From: an uncultured bacterium
GTDB taxonomy: Bacteria; Bacillota_I; Bacilli_A; RF39; UBA660
Assembly: GCA_946643435.1 (NCBI GenBank)
Contig: CAMPCD010000002.1
Coordinates: 13,370-77,369 of the forward strand
Length of the DNA: 64,000 nucleotides
Direction of reading: 5' to 3'
A model generated the notes under the pieces. The model was not told the origin of the DNA. It searched no databases and was given only the letters and a program-made list of their open reading frames with translations. The position numbers and the translations under genes were made by a program. Position 1 is the stretch's first letter. Every line of letters begins with the position of its first letter. Below, piece by piece: positions 45,033 through 54,119 of the stretch.

Positions 45033-45434
45033 TTGTCAATATCTTCCTTTTATTTTAAAATACCCAAATGGATAAGGAGGGCAGAAAGGTTGAAAAGGGG
45101 AAAAATAGAAAATGTACTAAACAAAATAGGCATGTCTCATTCTTACGAAGGATATAATTATATAGTTGAAGAATCTTTGTTAATAAATAAACAATATAAT
45201 ATGCATAAGAAAATAATCCTTAATGATTTAAATAGAGATGTTGCTAACATGTTTTCAACAAGTACATGTTCAATTGAAAGAGCAATAAGAACATGTATAG
45301 ATGGTACTTTTCTACATGGCAATATAGGATTGTTAAATCAAATATTTGAATACTATGCATCTTATTATGATAGTAGACCATCAAATAAATTGTTTTTAAC
45401 AACTATTGTTAATTATTTAAATACAATAGAATAA
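45033..45434 (+). CDS. stand-alone Spo0A C-terminal (DNA-binding) domain protein, no receiver domain
   Basis: VLNKIGMSHSYEGYNYIVEESL...DVANMFSTSTCSIERAIRTCIDGTFLHGNIGLLNQIFEY is collinear with B. subtilis Spo0A [21 protein letters not shown]...[39 protein letters not shown] (from memory). TTG start lies 5 nt after AAGGAGG. Confidence 0.75.
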   Translation: MSISSFYFKIPKWIRRAERLKRGKIENVLNKIGMSHSYEGYNYIVEESLLINKQYNMHKKIILNDLNRDVANMFSTSTCSIERAIRTCIDGTFLHGNIGLLNQIFEYYASYYDSRPSNKLFLTTIVNYLNTIE

Positions 45435-45469
45435 ATGATATAATAATTATATAGAATAGGAGGAGCAAT

Positions 45470-45709
45470 ATGAACAATGGACCTGTTAGACAAATAAACA
45501 ATTTTGCTAAAGTCATTAAAGTAGATGCTCAAGGGAACCCTATTCGTAATGATAATAATGAAGTAAAAGAAGTAATAGTACCAATTAAAAGTGAAGTAAT
45601 TATTAAAGAGAAGAATCCATATATTGTTTTTTATCTTGTAATAATATTAATATTAATTGCTATATTATTAGCTTTTATATCATTTTATGTATTGCCTAGA
45701 GTAATATAA
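45470..45709 (+). CDS. small C-terminally anchored membrane protein (hypothetical)
   Basis: AGGAGG RBS. One TM (IVFYLVIILILIAILLAFISFYVL). Confidence 0.5.
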   Translation: MNNGPVRQINNFAKVIKVDAQGNPIRNDNNEVKEVIVPIKSEVIIKEKNPYIVFYLVIILILIAILLAFISFYVLPRVI

Positions 45710-45738
45710 CTCTTGTTGAAATAACAAGAGTATTTTTA
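45710..45738 (+). terminator. intrinsic terminator
   Basis: Hairpin ctcttgtt/aacaagag followed by TATTTTT. Confidence 0.6.
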
Positions 45739-45834
45739 TATAATACATTTAAAAGGAATTGATGAGTATGTTTACAAAACGATGTTGTACTTCTTATTTA
45801 TATATAAAATAAAAAAGATAGGAAGGAAATAGAA

Positions 45835-47229
45835 ATGAAATTATATAATACATTAACAAGACAAATAGAAGATTTTAAACCAATTGAAGAAGGTAAAGTA
45901 AAAATATATACATGTGGTCCTACAGTATATCATTATGCACATATTGGTAATATGAGAAACTATATAGGACATGATATCTTAGTAAGAACATTAGAATACT
46001 TAGGATATCAAGTAACTAGAGCTATGAATATAACTGATGTAGGTCATTTATCAGGTGATTCAGACACTGGTGAAGATAAAATGATTACTGCAATGAAAAG
46101 AGAACATAAATCAGCTATGGAAATAGCTAAGTTTTATACAGAAGAATTCTTTAAAGACTATGATAAATTACATTTAAAGAGACCTGATATATTAAAACCA
46201 GCTACTGGTGAAATAGATATGTATATTAAGATGATAACTAAATTATTAGAAGATGGATATGCTTATCAATCAGGTGGTAATGTTTATTTTGATGTATCTA
46301 AAGTAAAAGATTATTATCAATTAACTAATCATGTACAAGATGATATGGTAGTTGGTGCAAGAGAATCAGTAGAAGAAGATTCTAATAAAAGAAATCAAGC
46401 AGACTTTGCTTTATGGTTTACTTCATCTAAATTTGCAAACCAAGAATTACAATGGGATTCTCCATGGGGTAAAGGATATCCAGGATGGCATATAGAATGT
46501 TCTGGTATTTCAATAAAATATTTAGGAGAACGTTTAGATATTCATGGTGGTGGAGTAGATAATATATTCCCTCATCATACAAATGAGATAGCTCAATCAG
46601 AAAGTTATCTTGGACATAAATGGACTAATTATTGGTTCCATAATGAACACTTACTTGATTCATCAGGTAAGATGAGTAAGTCTAAAGGTGCAATATTAAC
46701 AGTATCTGTTCTTGAACAAGAAGGATATGATCCTATTGCATTTAGATTTATGTGCTTAAACTCTCATTATAGAAAACAATTATTATTTACATTTGATAAT
46801 TTAAATCAAGCTGAACAAACTTTAAATAAATTAAAGAATAAAATAGCTAGTATTAAAGATTCTGGAGATTTAGATGATGGGTCATTTAATGAATATAATG
46901 GTAAATTCATCGATGCTATATCTGATGATTTAAATACTGCTAATGCTATATCAGTATTGTATGAACTATTAAAAGATGAACAAGTAAATGGTCATACAAA
47001 ATTAGATTTAATTAATAAATTTGATAAAGTATTTGCATTAGATTTAATTAAAGAAGAAAAACATGCTGAAAATGAAGAAGAAATATTAAGTTTGATTGAA
47101 AAAAGAAAAGAAGCTAAACAAAATAAAGACTTTGAGTTAGCTGATTCAATTAGAAATGAATTATTAGAAAAAGGTATTGAATTAATTGATACAAGAGAAG
47201 GTACTACATATAAAATAATAAATAGTTAG
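45835..47229 (+). CDS. cysS: cysteine--tRNA ligase
   Basis: HIGN (YAHIGNMRNY) and KMSKS motifs, WHIECS zinc/Cys-binding segment, full length. Confidence 0.93.
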   Translation: MKLYNTLTRQIEDFKPIEEGKVKIYTCGPTVYHYAHIGNMRNYIGHDILVRTLEYLGYQVTRAMNITDVGHLSGDSDTGEDKMITAMKREHKSAMEIAKFYTEEFFKDYDKLHLKRPDILKPATGEIDMYIKMITKLLEDGYAYQSGGNVYFDVSKVKDYYQLTNHVQDDMVVGARESVEEDSNKRNQADFALWFTSSKFANQELQWDSPWGKGYPGWHIECSGISIKYLGERLDIHGGGVDNIFPHHTNEIAQSESYLGHKWTNYWFHNEHLLDSSGKMSKSKGAILTVSVLEQEGYDPIAFRFMCLNSHYRKQLLFTFDNLNQAEQTLNKLKNKIASIKDSGDLDDGSFNEYNGKFIDAISDDLNTANAISVLYELLKDEQVNGHTKLDLINKFDKVFALDLIKEEKHAENEEEILSLIEKRKEAKQNKDFELADSIRNELLEKGIELIDTREGTTYKIINS

Positions 47230-47239
47230 GAGTAATAAT

Positions 47240-47923
47240 ATGAGTAATTTAGCAATTACAGTAATAGCATTTTTTGCTATGATGCTTATTCCTCTTTTTG
47301 CTTACATTAAGTTGAATATAACTTATTCATCTATGAAGAAGAAAAACAACTTAAAGGGTATAACTGGACAAGAAGTAGCAAGAAAAATATTAGATAACAA
47401 TAATTTAAATAATATTTATATTGTTGAAACAAATGGTAATATGACAGATCATTTTGATTCTCAAAGAAAAGTTATAAGATTATCTAAAGATGTTTTCAAT
47501 GGCAAATCAATTGCTTCTATTGCAATAGCTGCTCATGAAGCAGGTCATGCTGTACAACATGCTGAAGGTTATAAGTGGGCTGTATTTAGATCTAAGATTG
47601 TACCTACAGTACAAATTGGTGAAAAAGCTTCTTATATTCTAATCATGATTGGTTTTATATTAGGTTCTATTAATTTTATATATGCTGGTATTGCCTTTAT
47701 GCTATTTGGTTTAGTATTTCAAGTAGTAACATTACCATGTGAATTTGATGCATCTAAACGTGGATTAAAGTTTATTGAAGAATACAACATGGTTGAAGAT
47801 AAAGAAAGTAAAGATGCAAAGAAGATGTTAAAAGCTGCTGCTTATACATATATAGCTGGTATATTATCAACAATACTTGAAATATTATACTATGTTGCTA
47901 GATTATCAAATAGAAGGGATTAA
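47240..47923 (+). CDS. membrane zinc metallopeptidase (YugP/Zn_peptidase_2-like)
   Basis: N-terminal TM, HEAGHAVQH zinc motif, two C-terminal TM helices, typical ~225-aa size. Confidence 0.75.
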   Translation: MSNLAITVIAFFAMMLIPLFAYIKLNITYSSMKKKNNLKGITGQEVARKILDNNNLNNIYIVETNGNMTDHFDSQRKVIRLSKDVFNGKSIASIAIAAHEAGHAVQHAEGYKWAVFRSKIVPTVQIGEKASYILIMIGFILGSINFIYAGIAFMLFGLVFQVVTLPCEFDASKRGLKFIEEYNMVEDKESKDAKKMLKAAAYTYIAGILSTILEILYYVARLSNRRD

Positions 47924-47925
47924 CT

Positions 47926-48336
47926 ATGAATAATACTATTAAGAAAGTCCTAATAGGTGTAGGTTTAATTATAATTGTTTTATTTGTATTTATCGTAGTA
48001 TCATCTGTTAATAATAAAAAACAAAAAGAAACAGAAAAACTAAATAATACTCTAAAAGAAGTGGCTACTACTTTCTATAAAGATTACTATTATAAAGTTG
48101 TATTATCTAGTGATAGAAATAAAGTAGTTAGTTTTAAAGATAATGGTATTAAGTTAACATTGAATGACTTAGCTAAATATAAGATTAACGAAGAAGATAG
48201 TATATTATCTCAATTTAAGAATTATAAGACTAATGAAAATTGTGATTACTATAATACTAAAGTAGTAATATATCCTATTGAGCCATATGGTGATAGTGAT
48301 ATAAGAGTTGAAACTACTGTTGTTTGTGGAATATAA
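47926..48336 (+). CDS. hypothetical N-terminally anchored protein
   Basis: Signal anchor VLIGVGLIIIVLFVFIVVSS. No motif recognised. Confidence 0.5.
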   Translation: MNNTIKKVLIGVGLIIIVLFVFIVVSSVNNKKQKETEKLNNTLKEVATTFYKDYYYKVVLSSDRNKVVSFKDNGIKLTLNDLAKYKINEEDSILSQFKNYKTNENCDYYNTKVVIYPIEPYGDSDIRVETTVVCGI

Positions 48337-48368
48337 AAAAAGATATAGTTTAAACTATATCTTTTTAT
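48335..48368. terminator. bidirectional terminator between convergent genes
   Basis: A7 run, hairpin agatatagtt/aactatatct, then T5. Confidence 0.6.
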
Positions 48369-49173
48369 TTTTTGCGTAGTCTAATTCAACACTGTCATCA
48401 TCAACAAGTACTGGATAGAATGCTCTAGTATTTCTTGTATTACCTAAGTTATTGATACTAAAATTCATTCTTGCTTTATCAACATATTCACTATTATTGA
48501 TAGCGCTTAATTGATGTTTATTTAAAGCCTCTTCATCAATTGGTGTATTAAATACAGACATTATTTGATCATAGTATGCAGCTTCTTCATAAGAAGTAAT
48601 ACTAATTGTATCAGTTAATGGTTTATATGATATTCCAACTGGTGGACAATCGCATGTTCCTTCTGTTGTTACTACAATTCCTTGAGGTTTAGTAGTAATA
48701 GTCATCTTTTTATCTTTATCTTCATAGTTAAGTCCTACTATGTTTTTAACAAAAACACTTTTAAATATAAAATCATCAATCATTTCTTTGATTGTATCTA
48801 TCGAATAACCATCATGTGAATATAAATCACTTTGAGGAAGTATTAAGAATTTACCACATTCATCAGTTGATCCTGGTAGCGTGTGTGTAACTTTTATTTC
48901 TCCCTTATTTAATAGCTCTTTAATTTTTTCTAACATATCCAAAATAGCGTTTTGTCTTTTTTTGATTAAAAATTCTAAGTATAGATTATGATTATGTTCA
49001 TAGAATAAAAAATTATAATACTCATAATAATTTTTCAAATCAATTCTATATTTACTTGGTTCACCATTTGGTGCAGGAATAAAATATTGATTTTCTATAA
49101 TTTTTAATCTGCGTTGGTTAATACGATATTCATCACTTAAACCTAAAACTAAGTCTCTTACTGTTATACTCAT
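48355..49173 (-). CDS. hypothetical cytoplasmic protein (272 aa)
   Basis: Long ORF on the minus strand, with AAGAGGA upstream of the ATG. No motif recognised. Confidence 0.55.
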   Translation of the reverse strand: MSITVRDLVLGLSDEYRINQRRLKIIENQYFIPAPNGEPSKYRIDLKNYYEYYNFLFYEHNHNLYLEFLIKKRQNAILDMLEKIKELLNKGEIKVTHTLPGSTDECGKFLILPQSDLYSHDGYSIDTIKEMIDDFIFKSVFVKNIVGLNYEDKDKKMTITTKPQGIVVTTEGTCDCPPVGISYKPLTDTISITSYEEAAYYDQIMSVFNTPIDEEALNKHQLSAINNSEYVDKARMNFSINNLGNTRNTRAFYPVLVDDDSVELDYAKNKKI

Positions 49174-49225
49174 TATGCTGTCCTCTTTTCTTTATGCCTT
49201 TATAATAACATAGAAATAAATTAAT

Positions 49226-49256
49226 GCAAATAAAAATAAGAGGTTAGACCTCTTAT
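49226..49256 (-). terminator. intrinsic terminator after prsA (minus strand)
   Basis: Hairpin ataagaggt/acctcttat. On the minus strand it is followed by TTTTTATTT. Confidence 0.6.
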
Positions 49257-50260
49257 TTATTTGTTGTTGTTGGATTTAATTGTCTATTAATTGATCTATC
49301 ATAATAAGTTTGAATGTCTGAATCATTAATAGAGAATCCATATTTATTTCTTAGATTAATCATTGCTTTAACACTTAATGTAGAATCATCATTAGATTTA
49401 GTTTCAGCTAATGTTGTTTTAATTTCTTCTTTCTTATCATCTAAACTTGGTTTATCAAATTCAGCTGTCTTTAAGATTATATGATATCCGAATGAAGACT
49501 TAACTGGAGTAGAAGACATTTCATTAACCTTTAATGCATAAGCAGCTTTAGAGAATGCTTCATCCATTTGAGTATAATTAAATGTTCCTAAATCTTGATA
49601 TGTTACAGAAGTATCATCTTTATATTTTTCAAATGCTTCTTTTACATCAGTACCATTATTTACATCTTCTTTAATTGCTTTAAGAACTTCTTCAGCTTTT
49701 TTCTTAGCTTTATCTAAATCATCATTTGAAGTTGATGCAGGTTTAACTAAAATGTGAACACCTGACATATCTCCATATACTTTTTCATCATAATATTTTT
49801 TGATTTCATCATCTGTTATTAGTGTTTTTGCATATTCAGTAGTTGCATAAGTGTTGTATTGACTAGTTCTTACTAATGATAAGTAATCTTCTAAAGATTC
49901 ATATCCATAGTTTTGTAAAGCTGTTTCTAATTCTTGATCAGAACCATAGTTAGCTTTTAAGTTAGATTTAGCATTACTTACATATTTTTCTACTTCATCT
50001 TTCTTATCAGCAAATTCAGTAGTTAATATTTTACTATCAATACTTTCAAGAATAGTAGTTAATGCATATTTAGATTTCATTTCCTTATATACATCATTTA
50101 CTGTTAATTGTGTTCCATCGTTTAATGATACTACGATATCTTCACCATTAGCATTCTTAGGCACCTTAGTTAAAGCACCAGTTATTAATAATATTGTTTC
50201 TACTAATACACATACAACTAATACACATATAGCAATAGTTGATCCTTTTACTTTTTTCAT
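49253..50260 (-). CDS. prsA: PrsA-like peptidylprolyl isomerase (parvulin-type foldase)
   Basis: N-terminal membrane anchor, SurA-N-like helical region, and a parvulin core with VHILV...SSFGYHIILK. Confidence 0.8.
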   Translation of the reverse strand: MKKVKGSTIAICVLVVCVLVETILLITGALTKVPKNANGEDIVVSLNDGTQLTVNDVYKEMKSKYALTTILESIDSKILTTEFADKKDEVEKYVSNAKSNLKANYGSDQELETALQNYGYESLEDYLSLVRTSQYNTYATTEYAKTLITDDEIKKYYDEKVYGDMSGVHILVKPASTSNDDLDKAKKKAEEVLKAIKEDVNNGTDVKEAFEKYKDDTSVTYQDLGTFNYTQMDEAFSKAAYALKVNEMSSTPVKSSFGYHIILKTAEFDKPSLDDKKEEIKTTLAETKSNDDSTLSVKAMINLRNKYGFSINDSDIQTYYDRSINRQLNPTTTNK

Positions 50261-50337
50261 TTTTATTCATCCTCCCATAATTGATATTATAACATACTAT
50301 TTATTATTGTAATCAATAATTTATATTTTTTTGATAT

Positions 50338-50348
50338 TGTGGTATAAT
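50338..50348 (+). promoter_or_regulatory. extended -10 element TGTGGTATAAT (LCP gene)
   Basis: Same 11-mer again, ~25 nt upstream of the AAGAGGTG RBS and ATG 50374. Confidence 0.45.
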
Positions 50349-50373
50349 TATTAAACGTAAAAAGAGGTGTATT

Positions 50374-51849
50374 ATGAAAAAGACCAAGAAGATAAATAAA
50401 ACAAGTAAAAAAATGGGAAAGAAATTACTATTCTTTAACTTTGTATTATTTAGTATTTTATTATTAGCTAGTATATTCTTTGTTTATACTATGTATAATA
50501 CAAGAATTGTACCTGATAAATACTTAATACTAGTTAGTGCAGTATTATTAGTATTCCTAGTAACTCACTTTGTATTAACAATAAAGAGAAAGAAAGTATT
50601 TTCTATAATATTAGACTTATTATTAGTATTGATAGTAGCAGTAGAATGTTTATCAATTCCTAAGATGGGTGAATTCATTGATTTTATTAAATATAACTTC
50701 AATGCACAATATGATGTATCTGTTTATAATATTATGGTATCAACTAAATCAGAATATAATTCTATAGAAGATTTAAAAGGTAAAGATATCATCTTATTTA
50801 ATGAAACAGAAGGCGATGAATTAATTAATCAAATAAATAATAGAATTCCTGATAATAAAATAACTAATACAGAAGATATCATGGGTGATTTAACTAAATT
50901 AAAGAAAGATAAGACTATGATTGTTATATGTGATTCTTCATACTATGAAACTCAAGTAGAAAATGATTTAGAATTTGAGAATAGTGTAAAAGTATTAGAT
51001 ACTATTGAAATAAAGGTTAAGATTGATAAAAAAGATTCTAAGAATATTAATGTTACTAAGAATTCATTTGTGGTATATATTTCAGGTATTGATACAAGAA
51101 GTAATTCAATGCCTACAAGAAGTTTATCTGACGTTAATATTTTAATGGCAGTTAATCCTGATACTAAAAAGATATTATTAGTACATACTCCAAGAGATTA
51201 CTATGTACAATTACATGGTACTACAGGATTAAAAGATAAATTAACTCATGCAGGAACTAAGAAAGGTGGAATTAATTCATCTATTGCAACAATAGAAGAT
51301 TTATATGATTCTGAAATACCTTTCTATATTAGAGTTAATTTCCAATCTGTTATTAAGGTAGTAGATGCTATAGGTGGTATTAATATTTATAATGATCAAA
51401 ACTATACAGTTAAATCATATGTAGATGATACATGTTCTTATAAACCAGGATGGAATAATAATGTAAAAGGTAAATGTGCTTTAGCATTTGCTAGAGAAAG
51501 ACATGCTTATAAGACAGGAGATAAACATAGAGGTGAAAACCAAGAACAAGTTATTACTAGAATAATAGAAAAGGTTTCATCATCTACTGTATTATTAAAT
51601 AAATATTCAGATATATTAAAATCATTAAATAATTCATTTGAAACTAATATGGATGCAGATAAGATTACATCATTAGTTAAAATGCAAGTAAATGATATGG
51701 CTAAATGGAATATTGATTCATATAATGTAACAGGTACCGGAGCAATGGAATATACATATTCTTATCCTCATCAAAAGTTATATGTTATGAAGCCAAATAT
51801 GGAAACTGTAGAAACAGCTAAACAAAAGATTAAAGAAGTATTAGGTTAA
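50374..51849 (+). CDS. LytR-CpsA-Psr (LCP) family cell-envelope phosphotransferase
   Basis: N-terminal TM helices. LCP core FVVYISGIDTR...SDVNILMAVNP..KKILLVHTPRDYYV...RERHAY..GDKHRGENQ. Confidence 0.8.
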   Translation: MKKTKKINKTSKKMGKKLLFFNFVLFSILLLASIFFVYTMYNTRIVPDKYLILVSAVLLVFLVTHFVLTIKRKKVFSIILDLLLVLIVAVECLSIPKMGEFIDFIKYNFNAQYDVSVYNIMVSTKSEYNSIEDLKGKDIILFNETEGDELINQINNRIPDNKITNTEDIMGDLTKLKKDKTMIVICDSSYYETQVENDLEFENSVKVLDTIEIKVKIDKKDSKNINVTKNSFVVYISGIDTRSNSMPTRSLSDVNILMAVNPDTKKILLVHTPRDYYVQLHGTTGLKDKLTHAGTKKGGINSSIATIEDLYDSEIPFYIRVNFQSVIKVVDAIGGINIYNDQNYTVKSYVDDTCSYKPGWNNNVKGKCALAFARERHAYKTGDKHRGENQEQVITRIIEKVSSSTVLLNKYSDILKSLNNSFETNMDADKITSLVKMQVNDMAKWNIDSYNVTGTGAMEYTYSYPHQKLYVMKPNMETVETAKQKIKEVLG

Positions 51850-51861
51850 TACTTCTTTTTT
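51833..51861 (+). terminator. intrinsic terminator
   Basis: Hairpin aagaagtatt/aatacttctt followed by T6. Confidence 0.65.
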
Positions 51862-51924
51862 GTTGCAATTTGTAGAAAAAGATGTATAATTAAATTGTAT
51901 ACAACTCATTAAGGAGCGATACAA

Positions 51925-52809
51925 ATGAAATATGATGTAATAGTAATAGGTGGAGGAATCGCTGGATTAACTGCCTCAATATATTTAAAAAGAGCATCTA
52001 AAAATGTTCTATTATTAGAAGAATCAACATTTGGAGGACAAATAATTACTGCGTCTAGTGTTGAAAACTATCCTGGTTTTGAACATATAAGTGGAGCGGA
52101 ACTAGGAATGATTATATATAATCAAGCTAAAAACTGTGGTGTAGAAATTAAACAAGAAAAAGTATTAGAAATAGATGGTGTTGATAATAACTTTACTATA
52201 AGTACTAATGATAATAAGTATGAATGTAAAAAAGTTATAATTGCTACAGGTGCTAAACCTAGAAGATTAGGTTTACCTAATGAAGAAGAATATGTAGGAA
52301 AAGGTTTATCTTTCTGTGCCACATGTGATGGTAACTTCTTTAAGAATAGAGTAGTTGCTGTTATAGGTGGAGGTAATGTTGCGATTGATGACGCAATATA
52401 TTTATCTAATATTGCTTCAAAAGTATACCTAATACATAGAAGAGATGGATTTAGATCTGAAGAATCTCAATTAGAATTATTAAAGAGTAAAGAAAATGTT
52501 GAATTTATTCTTAATGCTAACTTAAAAGAAATAAAAGGTAGTCCAATGATTAATAAAATAATTGTTGATCAAAATGGAAAAGATATAGAATTAGATGTAA
52601 ATGGTGTATTTATGTGTATAGGTAGAATACCTAATGCTACCTTTGATGTTAAGGTAGATGAACAAGGTTATATTATCACTGATGATACCATGGAAACTAG
52701 TATAAAAGGAGTATATGCAATAGGTGATGTAAGACAAAAAGAAGTACGTCAATTAACTACTGCAGCAGCTGATGGAACAATAGCTGTGTCAAGTATAATA
52801 AAAAATTAA
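51925..52809 (+). CDS. trxB: thioredoxin-disulfide reductase
   Basis: GGGIAGLTA FAD motif, redox-active CATCDG, GGGNVAIDDA NADPH motif, ~294 aa. Confidence 0.9.
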   Translation: MKYDVIVIGGGIAGLTASIYLKRASKNVLLLEESTFGGQIITASSVENYPGFEHISGAELGMIIYNQAKNCGVEIKQEKVLEIDGVDNNFTISTNDNKYECKKVIIATGAKPRRLGLPNEEEYVGKGLSFCATCDGNFFKNRVVAVIGGGNVAIDDAIYLSNIASKVYLIHRRDGFRSEESQLELLKSKENVEFILNANLKEIKGSPMINKIIVDQNGKDIELDVNGVFMCIGRIPNATFDVKVDEQGYIITDDTMETSIKGVYAIGDVRQKEVRQLTTAAADGTIAVSSIIKN

Positions 52810-52827
52810 AAAAAATAAAAAATATTG

Positions 52828-52856
52828 TTGACTTTTATATATACAAATATTACAAT
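52828..52856 (+). promoter_or_regulatory. near-consensus sigma-A promoter TTGACT-17-TACAAT
   Basis: TTGACT 52828-52833, a 17-nt spacer, TACAAT 52851-52856. No ORF follows for ~500 nt. Confidence 0.55.
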
Positions 52857-52862
52857 GAAATT

Positions 52863-53278
52863 ACTTAGTATGGTAGACAACTAAGTGTGTGATTTATAAT
52901 AATTATTGATTTATCCAAACAAATCTTAATTATTAAAAAAATCATATAAAAATAATAATATGTATTTTGTATAATAATAAAATAATTAGGATTGTGATGA
53001 TTAAATTCGTCTGCCTAATTATAAAAACAAATTACATGACTTACTTAGTTGTCGGAATATTATTTATTTGATTAGTTATGTTGAACATACTATATTGAAT
53101 TTTTAATATTTTCTCAATTCCTGTGATGTATTGTTATACCTCATCTAGTACTAAGTATATAGCTATAGGAGAAAGAAAACTCGTTTATGGATGAGCTTTT
53201 ATATCTAGCAATCTGACAATTGCTTGGTATAGAGGATCTAAACTTGAAGATAGGAAGTTGTCAGCTTCCTATTTTTTA
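52863..53278 (+). ncRNA. candidate ~415-nt non-coding transcript or leader (unclassified)
   Basis: Bounded by the promoter at 52828-52856 and the terminator at 53250-53278. Contains four copies of ACTTAGT/ACTAAGT, an 11-nt long-range complement (52876-52886 vs 53043-53053) and loop-loop complementarity (53213-53219 vs 53258-53264). No convincing ORF. Confidence 0.3.
53250..53278 (+). terminator. intrinsic terminator
   Basis: Hairpin ataggaag/cttcctat with loop ttgtcag, followed by T6. Confidence 0.7.
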
Positions 53279-53309
53279 ATGTTTGAAAGTATTTTGTTGT
53301 ATAGTTTTA

Positions 53310-53339
53310 TTGATTATTATCTCTTTAATATGGTATACT
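53310..53339 (+). promoter_or_regulatory. promoter TTGATT-18-TATACT with TG extension (surface-protein operon)
   Basis: TTGATT 53310-53315 and TGgTATACT 53331-53339, ~25 nt upstream of GGGGAG and ATG 53364. Confidence 0.45.
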
Positions 53340-53363
53340 TTTTATAGAATATGGGGAGTTGTC

Positions 53364-54119
53364 ATGAAGAAAAAAATTATAAGAATGATGATAATTATTC
53401 TTATGATAGTATGCATTCCTATTGTACATGCTGAATCTACTTGTACGTATAAAGATAAAGCTGAGGCAAAAAAAATAGCTCAAAATGTTACTGCAGCGTA
53501 TGAGATTAAACAAAGAGAAGATGGAACATATTACATAAATATAATTATCTACAATCTAACTGATGATTTGTATGTATCTTATAACTGGAGCACTGGTAAA
53601 GGTAAATACGCAACATCTTCAAAAAACACTATTACAGTTTTTAATTTTGATACTTCTATGCAAGATGGAAAATATACAGGAATATATACAATAGAAGATA
53701 ATGATATAAATATAATAAAAAAATATGTGATAAGTGTTAAAAGTACAAAAATAGGATGTGCAGATACATTAAAAACAATAACATTAACAAAACCAAGATG
53801 GAATCCGATTTCTCAAATAGATGAATGCAAATATTATGATGCTAAAGATAATATGTATTGTAAGGAATGGACATCTCAAGACTTTAAATTAACTCTTGAA
53901 GGTGCTGCTATACAATTAAGAAAACAAAGAGAATTAAATAGAGAAATTGCTCCAACTGAATGTTATTCATGTGAAAAAGATGAACAATATAATACATGGA
54001 TGGAAAGATTTGAAAAAATTAGAAAATATGCAATTATTGGATTATCAATTGGTATAGTTGTTGATCTAGTAGTAATAGTTGTTTTAATAATAAAAATTAA
54101 GGAGGACAGTATAGTATGA
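53364..54119 (+). CDS. secreted, C-terminally anchored 4-Cys protein (paralogue 1)
   Basis: Signal peptide MMIIILMIVCIPIVHAES. Four Cys positions are shared with the next gene. C-terminal TM. The track start at 53283 lies upstream of the promoter. Confidence 0.6.
   Translation: MKKKIIRMMIIILMIVCIPIVHAESTCTYKDKAEAKKIAQNVTAAYEIKQREDGTYYINIIIYNLTDDLYVSYNWSTGKGKYATSSKNTITVFNFDTSMQDGKYTGIYTIEDNDINIIKKYVISVKSTKIGCADTLKTITLTKPRWNPISQIDECKYYDAKDNMYCKEWTSQDFKLTLEGAAIQLRKQRELNREIAPTECYSCEKDEQYNTWMERFEKIRKYAIIGLSIGIVVDLVVIVVLIIKIKEDSIV

Noticed and set aside
45739-45834. Possible T-box leader upstream of cysS.
   Set aside because: Only about 95 nt lie between the upstream terminator and the start codon. 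I saw no T-box sequence (AGGGTGGTACCGCG-like), no specifier/antiterminator architecture and no terminator before the ATG.
53049-53055. A Spo0A box near the orphan Spo0A_C gene's potential targets (TGTCGGA at 53049-53055; TGTCGAA at 28141 inside the giant gene).
   Set aside because: These are single 7-mers, one with a mismatch and one intragenic, which is what chance would produce in 64 kb. No clustering was seen upstream of promoters.
52997-53071. 24-aa hydrophobic ORF (MIKFVCLIIKTNYMTYLVVGILFI) inside the non-coding unit as a type I toxin.
   Set aside because: There is no convincing RBS and none of the charged C-terminal tail typical of type I toxins. ORFs this short and hydrophobic arise easily by chance in AT-rich DNA. 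It is mentioned only for completeness.
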